From Octopus sinensis (taxonomy: Eukaryota), in the NCBI RefSeq assembly GCF_006345805.1, contig NC_043003.1:78616001-78680000 (forward strand): a stretch of 64,000 nt of DNA, written 5' to 3'. The position numbers and the translations under genes are program-made. This document shows positions 49,965 through 61,807 of the stretch, piece after piece (the first letter of the stretch is position 1; each line of letters begins with the position of its first letter). The notes under the pieces are model-generated. The model was given only the letters and a program-made list of their open reading frames with translations. It ran no database searches and was not told the DNA's origin.

Positions 49965-50244
49965 TTAAAAATTCAGACAAATACATAATAAAAACACCAA
50001 GACTTACAAATATATATAACATACAGAAAATTGCACTACTGGGCACTGCACACATCCTACGCAAAACACTTTCAATACAGTAACCATCAGAGCATCACAA
50101 CAAATCACAGCACATACTCAAGGCACACAGAGCTGCGCTCGGTAGTAAAGTGAAAGCATGTTATAAAAATGAAACTACTGAATGATGATAATAATAATAA
50201 TAATCATAATCATAATAATCATAATAATCGTAATAATAATAATA

Positions 50245-50288
<44 letters not shown>

Positions 50289-53200
50289 AACAACAACAAC
50301 AACAACAACAATGTTTTCTTTATTAACCACTAAGGGTTTACAAAAAACTTTGAGGATAGTACAGGACAATATAATGTGCGGTTACATAAAAGGTGTATAA
50401 GAAGTAAAAAGACAGTAACAATATAAAACTATAACCGTGAATAATTCCCCCAAAGAAGGAGACTTCCTAGGGCTGCTTGTGGGGATTCCAGAAATCCACA
50501 GTTACCCTGGTATGCTTACTGAGACAGTTAAGAATTACCCTTGCAAGAATTTGTCCAGTTATGCAGAACAAACATATTGCTCTGTGATTATCACATGCTT
50601 TTCTTCCTTTTGTTTTCATACAAGCGCATTATAGAGACATCTTCCAACTGTTGGGGAACAGATCCAGTTTCCCAGATCAAAATGATCAATTTGTGTAGCT
50701 TTCTTGCAATTTGTCTACCACCATACTTGTACACTTCCGCAGGAATACTGCCTCGTCCAAAAGCTTTACTGTTGGAAAGTTCTTTTTAATTGCAGTATGA
50801 GTTAATCCTGATGTATGAGTTAATTCGTTCCTGGAGAACACTTGTAAAACAAAAACTCATTAACAGAAAATAAAACTCATAAAAACTTGTAGACCTGGGG
50901 TCTTGTAAAGCAGGTCCTTATAATGTAAGGTATTACTGTATTTATCTCTTCCAAGGAAAAGTTCCTCAATTATAGGCTTCTGAAGGATTTCATCGATTGC
51001 TTCAGGTTCAGTAGTGGATTCGGGATTAAACATGGATTTAAAGTGCTCAGCCAATCTTTTCAAAATTTCATCTTTGTGACTTAAGAGTTTTGACCCGTCA
51101 TTATAAAGAATAGGTTATGCACTGCCCTTTTGGGGGGCCAAGCATGCCTTTCAGATTATCATACCATGCTCTCAAGTTGTGTGAGTTAGCAGCCAATTCC
51201 AATTCTTGGGCTTTTTTTTTTTTGTTCTCCAAAAATTTTTTATCTCATGCAATAACAATGATGATGTCACACTCTAATCTTTCATCATCTGACACAAGGT
51301 CACCTCCTCAAACGCCCCTTCCCCTCTCAAAATTCCTTGTCTTGTTAGTTGCTTGGTGACCCTGCTAGTGCTGGTGCCACGTAAAAAGCGTACAGTCAAC
51401 ACTGTGAAGTGGTTGGCATTTGGAAAGGCATCCAGCCTACGCTGGTGTCACATAAAAAGCACTAGGTCCACACTATGGGGATGGTTGGTGTTAAGACGGG
51501 TATCCAGCGGTAAAAGCCATGCCAAAACAGATACAGTAGCCTGGTGTAGTTGTCTACCTGACTGCCTCCTGTCAAACCATCCAACCTATGCCAGCATGGA
51601 AGAAAGATGATGATGATGATGATGATGATGATGTATATAATCTGATTGTGTAGCTTACCTCATAATTATCATTTCGTGCACAAGCAATATGTAACGGAGT
51701 GCGTCCTCCTAGAATCAACTTTGCCTCTGGGCTTATGTTATCCAATTGCCATTCTTCTCTCTTTAAATCAAAGGAAAGTGAATATATTAGTCTAACGTAA
51801 ACAGAATTATACCAAACATTGTATAATAGGAGTAGATATTTGTTCTACAATTACAATAATGAGCTCTGCTGCCAGGACCTGTGGTTGTTCACTGACTCAG
51901 TTTATCTCTATATATGAGATAATGAGAAGATTTCTGGCTAGCTTAATATAAAGGCATAATCTCTGTTAGCGAACTAACTACTGCATTCAAAATCAGGCAC
52001 AGTGGTTGTGTAGCATGAAGTTTGCTTCCCAACCACATAGTTCCGGGTTCAATTCCACCATGTGACATTTTTGGCAAGTGACTTTAGCTATAGCTCCAGA
52101 CTGACCAAAGCTTTGTGAGTAGATTTGGTGCAGAGTCCTGTTGCCAGACATAGGGTCTAGCCTCCGTGTTAAGTGTGGAGCCATGTGGTAAGATGAATGG
52201 AGGCATAATGTCACCATCACTAGTGATCACTCCAAACACCGTGATGTTTGGACCAATGATCTGGACCAATGCATTGCTTCATTTAGAGAATACTTAGAAG
52301 GCGATAAAAGTGTAAACATGTAAAACTAAGTGAATAAAATAATATTGTAAAATTCCAGTTTCTTTTGAGTAGCCCCTCATATACAGGGTGCAATGGGTAA
52401 ATAGTCACCATTTCATATCTTTGATTTCGTGCATGCACATTGTTTTTGATTTTGTTGACTACATAGCATAATGGAAGCACTCTGTCGGTTACAACGACGG
52501 GGGTTCCGGTTGATCCGATCAACGGAACAGCCTGCTCGTGAAATTAACGTGTAAGTGGCTGAGCACTCCACAGACACGTGTACCCTTAACGTAGTTCTCA
52601 GGGATATTCAGCGTGACACAGAGAGTGACAAGGCCGGCCCTTTGAAATACAGGTACAACAGAAACAGGAAGTAAGAGTGAGAGAAAGTTGTGGTGAAAGA
52701 GTACAGCAGGGATCACCACCATCCCTGCCGGAGCCTTGTGGAGCTTTAGGTGTTTTCGCTCAATAAACACTCACAACGCCCGGTCTGGGAATCGAAACCG
52801 CGATCCTACGACCGCGAGTCTGCTGCCCTAACTACTGGGCTATTGTGCCTCCACATAGCATAATAGACACTGTGAGAAAAACAGCACCATGATGCAATTC
52901 ACTCTGCCAGAAATTTGGAAACGACATGCTGTAATGCTTGGCATTTGCGCTGGAAGCTCCAATAAGAACATTTCAGAGTGTTTAGATATCAATCTGAGGT
53001 CATGTACCAAAAGTGATAGAAATCAAATATCCAGTCAACATCATGGTGTTTGGAGTGATCACTAGTGATGGTGATGTTGTGCCTCCATTCCATTCATCTT
53101 ACCACATGGCCCCCACACTTAACACGGAGGCCAGACCCTATGCCTGGCAACAGGACTCCGCACCATGCCACACAAGCAGGAGAACCCAATCGTGGCTGTC

Positions 53201-55734
53201 AGACAATTTCTGCGACTACCGCACCCCTAGCATCTGGCCACTTAACTCCCCAGACTGCAACCTCCTTGATTATTATGTGTAGGGTGCAGTTGAGTGAGAG
53301 ACCAACAAAACTCCTTCTAACACCAAAGATGGATAGAAGGCAATGATTATGGCAGCGTTCCCCAACTTAAACAAGGAGACTGTCCAGAAGAGCTGCAGGA
53401 GATTCTGAAGAATCTAGAGACCATGGTTGAAGCCAATGGCGATTTTATTAATCAAATTTACTCCTTAATATTTCAATATATTTTTATATAATTTTGGTAC
53501 ATATATCTGTTAAAATGAGATGTCATTGTTATTTTAATTTTTGTGTAATTTAGACAATAGTTTATTCACCATACCCTGTATATTCAAATATGAAATAAGC
53601 AACGGTAGTGTAATAAGCATTATCAACCACATATACTTAATGCACATGCTTTGTGTACTGGCCGTTGGACTGTAATTTGGCACAGTGAAGAATACTCTCA
53701 CAAAGCACTGGATGTTAAAATACATGAAAGTCATTGTCTATGCCTTTCAGGTGTTTGAACACCCAGCACTTTGGGAGAGTATTCTTCACTGTGCCAAATC
53801 ACAAGCCCACCAGCAAATACACAAAATGTGTGAATTAAGTATATGTGGTTGATAATGTTTATGTGTGTGTGTTTACACACACATACATGTAAAAGTGCCT
53901 GTGTGGCGATATGTAGAAGTGCCCTTGCGACATCACATAAAAATGCCTGTGTGACTCCATGTAAAAGTGCCACATGAAACTGCCTGTGCAGTGCCTCGTA
54001 AAAACCCATGTGATGCCATCTAAAAGCACCTGTGTGGTGTCATGTAAAAGCACCGATGCAGCACCACATTAAAGCATTCAGCACACTCTGTAAAGTGGTT
54101 GATGTTAGGAAGGGCATCCAGCTTTAGAAACCATGCCAAAACAGACAAATGGGGACTGGTGCAGCCTCCTGGCTTGCCAGCTCTGTTCCCACCATCAAGG
54201 TCATGTCAGTATAGACAACAGACATTAAATGATGATGATGATGATATACAGGGTGCATAAAGTATTTGAAGACATACCTTTTTGGGGTCACTGGTGCATT
54301 TTTTTTGCTAACTCTGTATAATCTTTGTTTCAGAAAATTATAAGAGGAGACCCTCAGCTCACTCAAGAAATGAAGGGGCATGCTGCTATTGTGGTTATAA
54401 AGGCTGAGCATAGCAATTTAGAAATATCTCAATTTTTAAAAGTTGCCAATCTTTCATCTACAAAGTTTGTAAGGAGTTAGAGACTGAAGATAGAAATGTA
54501 TCACCAGTATCAAAGCATAAAAAGCATTCTAAATGCTCTGAAATCATCAGAACACTTGAATTTATCCAGCAAGTTCAACAGACTGTTGATTACAATCTCA
54601 GAAAGTCCATGAGGTCAATTGCAAAAGATCTCCGTGTGTCAGATGGAACAATCAGAAATATTGTCCACAAAGACATCAGATATAAGTCTTATATAATGAG
54701 GAAAGGACAATTTCTCAAAAAAAACCAAAAAAAAAACCAAAAGAAAATCACTACATCAGATCTAAAAGGTTCTTAAACAAACTATAAAATCTAGCAGAAG
54801 AAGAATTGATTTGGCTTTTCTTAAAATGAGAAAAACTACAACCAATATCAAAAAGTTAACAGATGAAATGACAGATGGTTATGTACAGACCCATCTGAAG
54901 TTCCAAGTGTTATGCATACAAAATTTCCTGCAACTGTCATGGTTTTAGGGGTTGTCAGCAATGAAGGACATGTGATGCCTCCTTACTTCTTTCCACAAGG
55001 CCTTACATTGAGGTCCTGGAAACAATTTTTAAGCCCTGGATAGGCAGTGTATGCAATGGAAGTTCATATATGTTTCAGTGAGACTCTGTACTATCACACA
55101 TGGATCTAGTAACACAGGAACACAGGATAATTGAAAATTTTCATGATCACATAACCCCTAACATTTGGCCTCCTAATTCCCCAGATCTCAATCTATTGGA
55201 CTATTACATGTTGGGTGTTGTTGAGAGAGAGAGGTCAATGAACATGCCTATAACACCAAAGATTCTTTGAAAGTTGCCATAGTCAGAGTAATGTCCAAAA
55301 TGAACCAGGACCACTTGATTCGAGCATGTAGATGATTTAGATCTCATACAGAAGCAGTTGTTGGAGATGAAGGTGGGTTTATTGAATAACATCATAGAAA
55401 AGAAGGTTTATTTTTATCCTCATAGCATTTTTTGATAAATAAAGTTATTATCTGTTATTATTGGAGACACATAACCTTGTGGTTTGAGTAGCGGACTCGC
55501 GGTTAAGGGACCGCGGGATCAAATCTCAGACAGGGCGATGTGTGTGTTTATGAGCGAAACACCTAAGCTCCACGCAACTCCAGCAGAAGGTAATGGTGAA
55601 CTTCTGCTGACTCTTTTGCCACAACTTTCTCTCACTCTTTCCTCTTGCATCTTGCTGTTATAATATATCTGTTTATTATATATCTGTTTTTTTTTATAAA
55701 CATAAATCTGTCCTCATATACCTTATGCACCCTG

Positions 55735-55769
<35 letters not shown>

Positions 55770-58302
55770 GCAGTATATATCCTGTATCAGCATGCATGAG
55801 ATGTTGGAGTTGTGTGTTGTTGGTAAATGTGCATCATCAATCAATCAACAGAAAAGAACAATTACATCAACAATAACTACCAGACATAGGCAGACACATT
55901 CAGTAGTCTCATCTCCATGCTAATAATCTAGATTATTAGTATAGATTAGGCTGCTATTGCTAGCAGGACAAGTGACCACATGGGAGTTCTCTCAATGGTT
56001 TTACCATACTGCCAGTTTTCTCTTATGCTGCCCTACTTGTGGGTTTCACAAATTCCAGTAAATTCAAATGATAAATATTGCTTTCAAATTTTGGCACACA
56101 ACCAGCAACTTCGTGGAGGAGCTAAATCAATTACATTGACCCCAGGGTTCAGCTGGTACTCCTTTTATTGAAAGGATGAAAGGCAAAGTCGACCATGGCA
56201 GAATTTGAAATCAGAATGCAAGGACGGATGAAATACTGCTAAGCAAAAGATAATATTAAAATCAACAATAACTACAACAAAACAACAGCAGTGAAAAAGA
56301 GGAAAAAATGATTTGGTCAGACCAGGGCTGTGTTCAAGTAGGAGTTGTCAAGTGCAGCCCTTGCATTGGGATCGGCAAGAGAATTGAGCAATAATTCCGT
56401 CATTTGAATTCCTTCCTTTCCAGGCATTCCACAGGCAACGTGTAGAGGAGTGACACCTCCTTCCTAAAAGAAGACAGGAGAATGTGGTGCTATGTTAAAT
56501 AAGAAAACCGCATTGACATTCTGTTAACCTAATTCGAAAAAATATTAGACTTATTAATTAGAAGAAATATTAGACTTCATCATCATCATCAACAACAACA
56601 ACAACAGCAACAACAACAACAACACTACCACCACCACCACCACCACCACCACCATTTAACGTCTGTTGTCTGCTTAGCTAGGTTTAGCTTGGGTTAAATG
56701 GCAAAGATATGTAAATCTCCACTTGTCCTGTGACTGACTACTTATGTCTGCTCAGACGAGATTGACTTTAATAGATTCAATTGCTGTTTTATTAATTAAC
56801 ATTAGAAAAAGGAAAGGCAATGTCAATGTTGGTAGAACCAAAACTCAGAACAAGTCTAGACAAAACTATTTATCGGATACTCTGTTGTTTCTTTGATTTA
56901 AGGGGTTGACTGAAGTATTGGATGGCTGGCAAATAATGCCAATTTTGAAACGAGCAATTTGAGTAGCTCAGGATGGTGCTTTAAACAGAATGTTCTTCTG
57001 ATACTCTGGTGTTTTATAAGTTTTCTTCCATGTGAAGATAACAGAGAGGTGGTAATGGATGATTTTTTTTTTTTCAGCCCTTTTCAAGCCTAGCCAGGCT
57101 CATGGGCCTGGTTTCCCAGTTTCTGTGGCGCACGTATTCCCCCCAGCTGGACGGGATGCCAGTCCATTGCAGCGTTACTCAAGAAATAGGAAGAGAGAGT
57201 GAGAGAAAGTTGTGGTGAAAGAGTACAACAGGGGGTCGCCACCACCTCCTGCTGGAGCCTCATGGAGCTTTTAGGTGTTTTCGCTCAATAAACACACACA
57301 ACACCCGGTCTGGGAATCGAAACCGCGATCTTCCGACCGCGAGTCCGCTGCCCTAACCACTGGGCCATTGCGCCAATGGATAATTGCAAGGTTGAAAATG
57401 GAATTTCAATTGTTAAAATATATTGCTTGGAAACAAGTGTGGGTTGGTAATAAGAAGAACATCTCACAGTCGAAATCTACCTCAACAGATCCTAATGAAG
57501 TCACACACACTATGAAAATTATTAAACTACAAAAATTATGATGGCTATTTTGAGTTGAAATGTAATAAAAAAAAAATTAAGAATAAAACAGAATATAACT
57601 GACTTTAATTTAAGTGAAAATAATTATAATTTCTCTGGGCTTAGGTATTATGGTTATGCAGCTATACAAGTGAAATAAAGCAGATTTCTAATGGTTTATT
57701 CTTCAGAAATCTTCAATGCAACCAACATTAATGTAATTTGTCTGTGTAGTAGTGATATATCAGAAAACAAAACATTGTATGAAAGTAGCTTGTAATATAG
57801 GGGAAAAAAAACATTAACTTACCTCATCTGAGAGACAGACTGAAGTGGATGCATTCTTCAACAAAAGAGACCTCGCCATTTCTACATCAGCTGCTCTAAT
57901 AGCAAAGTACAGAACTGGCCATGGGTAGTAAGCAGCATTAGGATCAGCTCCACGCTGTAGGAGTAGGTTAACGCATGTTCGGTACTTGTTGTCTCTGAGA
58001 AGATAATTATAGCCATAACCAGAAATTAAAAGCACACTTTGAAACAATGTAATACAATAATATAATCATTTCAAATTCAAGAGAAGGCTTCGGCATATGT
58101 CACTCTTTACTCTTTTACTTATTTCAGACATTTGACTGCGGCCATGCTGGAACACCGCCTTTAGTTGAGCAAATCGACCCCAGGACTTATCCTTTGTAAG
58201 CCTAGTACTTATTCTATCAATCTCTTTTGCCGAACCGCTAAGTTACAGGGACGTAAACACAAGCAATGTCGAGGGGACAAACACAGACACACAAACATAT
58301 AA

Positions 58303-58357
<55 letters not shown>

Positions 58358-61300
58358 TACGATGGACTTCTTTCAGTTTCTGTCTTCCAAATCCACTCAC
58401 AAGGCTTTGGTCACCCTGAGGGTATAATAGAAAACACTTGCCCAAGGTCCCACGCAGTGGGAATGAACCCAGAACCATGTGGTTGGTAAGCAAGCTACTT
58501 ACCACACAGCCACCCCTGTGCCTGAAGAAATTTTTGTACTTTTTTTATTCTGGGTTGTTCTCTCTCAGGTCCAGTTAGCTTTGAATGCTCCTGTAACTCA
58601 GATTGTTTTTCTAGATAGGGGTGTTGGCCCTACACTATTTTTTACCTTTGGAGCTGGCAAGCCAGAGGATTGCACCAGGTTCCATTGTCTGCTTTGACAT
58701 GATTTCTATGGCTGAATGCTCTTCCTAATGCCATCTATTTTACAAAATGTATTGGGTGCTTTTTATGTGGCACCAGCATCAGTGAGTTCCCCAAGCAACT
58801 TGCAAAATAAACTGGGATGGGGAGTAGTATTGAGGGAGGTGACTTTGTGCCAGTTAAGAGGCAAAAGTATAACAGCAAGGAATAGAAATATGTACCTAGA
58901 GCAGTTACTGGGCTGCCCCAATTGGAGAAGAAAGGAGAGAGATAGAGTTAGAGAGAATGGTAGAGAAAAAGAAAGAGAGAGAGAGAGAATTGTGGAGATG
59001 CTCACAAGGTAGAGTGTGGGTGAATCATTGTATCAAAATGAACATGATTTGGTCAATTAGTGATGATATCATTAAAGAAACTGACCACTCACACATCTGG
59101 CAAACAGGATCTTATCAGTAAGTTTTTTTTTCTTTGCAGTTCCTTTTTTCATGCACAGACATCATCATCATCATCATCATTTAGCGTCTGCTTTCCATGC
59201 TAGCATGGGTTGGACAGTTCAACTGGGGTCTGGGAAGCCAGAAGGCTGCACCAGGCCCAGTCTGATCTGGCAATGTTTCTACGGCTGGATGCCCTTCCTA
59301 ACGCCAACCACTCTGTGAGTGTAGTGGGTGCTTTTTACATGCCACCGGCACAGGTGCCAGATGGGGCTGGCAAATGGCCACAGTCGGATGGTGCTTTTTA
59401 CGTGCCACTAAACTATAAATAGAAATCTTTTACTGCAAACAAGTAGTGGTACAAACACTTGTCATGCTGCTGGACCGTCCACTCACACTTCCTTCTTAAA
59501 CTAATTGTTGTGCTAAAATGATATTCTGATGTAAATAGCTTTTCCATTGTTTGTAGTAATGATAATACCTTTTTTTATCAACAACGAAATAAATATTTTT
59601 GCATTTAAAATCTCAGATTTTTGTGTTATTTCCTTTGCTTCAATCACCCAGATCATCACACTGGTGTCACACAGAGACAGAAATATTCTTAACATTACAT
59701 ATCTTTCTAAATTCACAAAGAAATTCAGTTTTTTTTTTTAATGCAACAAGGACCCAATAAGATAAATGAGACCTGAGTAACAGAGTCAAATATCTATAAC
59801 ACCCTCCCTCACAATTTTCTGAATTTTTGTAAGTCACATTATTTACATTATTTACAATTGATGGATATTTGTCCTCATCTTGTTTGTTGTAAACACAATG
59901 TTTCGGCTGATATACCCTCCAGCCTTCATCAGGTGTCTTGGGGAAATTTCGAACCTGGGTTCTCGTTCTTAAGGTATTTTTCAATGTTATAATTATTATT
60001 ATTATTCAGGTCACTGCCTGGAATTGAACTTGGAATCTTGGGCTTAGTTACCTGCACTCTTATCCACTATGCCATATAATAATAATAATAACATCGAAAA
60101 ATACCTTAAGAATGAGAACCCAGGTTTGAAATTTCCCCAAGATACCTGATGAAGGCTGGAAGGTATATTAGCTGAAATGCTGTATTAACAACAAACAAGA
60201 TGAGGACAAGTATCCGTCAAATGTAAATAATGTACATAATTCCTCATCTCTTAAATACAGAACTGTAAGCCACACATTGTATCTATGTTTTTGAAATGAA
60301 TGATGGTGCAATTCTGAAGAGATTGCTTACCAAGCTTGTACCATTTCTCATGAATTAGAGCACACTAAATCAAATATGTGAAGGATCCTTAAAGATAGAT
60401 CCACTTCTTACAATTGGTTCCACAAATCCACTTTTAACCCATTTGGCATTCAGATCCCTCTGTCAAGTGTAATACTTATTTATTCACACTGTTTTGAATT
60501 AATCATATATTATCTGGGAGCTCTGAGATTTGGATGATGAGATATTGTTTATTTTCAAATAATATTATAGTGTACATTATTTACATTGTTTACATTGGAC
60601 GGATATGTGTCCTTGCCTTGTTTGTTGTTACCACATTTTGGCTGATTTACTCTCCAGCCTTCATCAGGTGTCCTGGTAGAATTTTGAACCCAACCCTGGG
60701 TTCTCATCCCTAAGGTATTTTTTTTTGCTGATGTCATCGTCGTCATCGTCATCATCATCATCATATCCGTTGTCATCATCATCATCATCATATCCATCGT
60801 CATCGTCATTATCATCATATCCGTCATTGTCATCATCATCATCATATCCATCATCGTTGTCATCATCATATCTGTTGTCGTCATCATCATCATCATATCC
60901 ATCGTCATCTTCATCATCATCATATCCATCGTCAGTGTCATCATCATCATTGTATCCAGCTTAAATATTATACCTGATTCATGTTCACACCGGCCAGATC
61001 CAACCTTTCACACTACAATAACTACAGTACTACAAAGAGTTAATCTATAAGCTGTCATATTGTTTATATCACGAAGGTGCATGGCTCAGTAGTTAGAGCA
61101 CCAGGCTCAGAATCATGAGGTAGATTTCTGGACTGGGCTTCCCAGTTCAATTCCAGGCAGTAACATGTGTTGTGTTCTTGAGCAAGATGCATTGTTTCAC
61201 ATTGCTACAGTTCATTCAGCTGTAGAAATGGCTGCAATGTCACTGGTGCCAAGCTCAGTTGGCCTTTGCCTTTCCCTTGGATAACACCGGTGATGTGGAG

Positions 61301-61775
61301 AGGGGAGGCTGATATGCATGGACGATTGCTGGTCTTCTATAAACAATCTTGCCTGGACTTTTGCCTTAAAGAGAAACATTCTAGGTGCAATTTCATGGTC
61401 ATTCATGACCAAAGAGGGTCTATTACCCTTTACTCTTTATAATCAAGTCAAGTCTAAAATGTGCTATCAGTTATACTTAGTGTCTACATCAATGGTTTTT
61501 CATCTCTTGTCATTCAACATCCATCACAATGTATATTGTTAAACAGAGGACACAGTTTGCGTGCCTTGCAAAAAAAAAAAAAATGTAAACAAAAAGAAAG
61601 AAAAAAAAACATACTGATTATTTTAATCAAAGCAAGCTAATTTGGCCACAGAGAAATTTATCCATAGTTTTTAATAGTATCTCAGCCTGCATCAGTCACT
61701 ACCAGTAACACCATCACTGCAACCACAACTGCCACCACCATCACTGTCACCATCATCATTACCACCACCACCACC

Positions 61776-61807
<32 letters not shown>

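Noticed and set aside
60555-60964. Poly-Met and poly-Ser ORFs; similarly poly-Ile, poly-Asn and poly-Val/Gly ORFs at 37.6-40.0, 50.2 and 61.7 kb
   Set aside because: Microsatellite artefacts lacking splice context and homology
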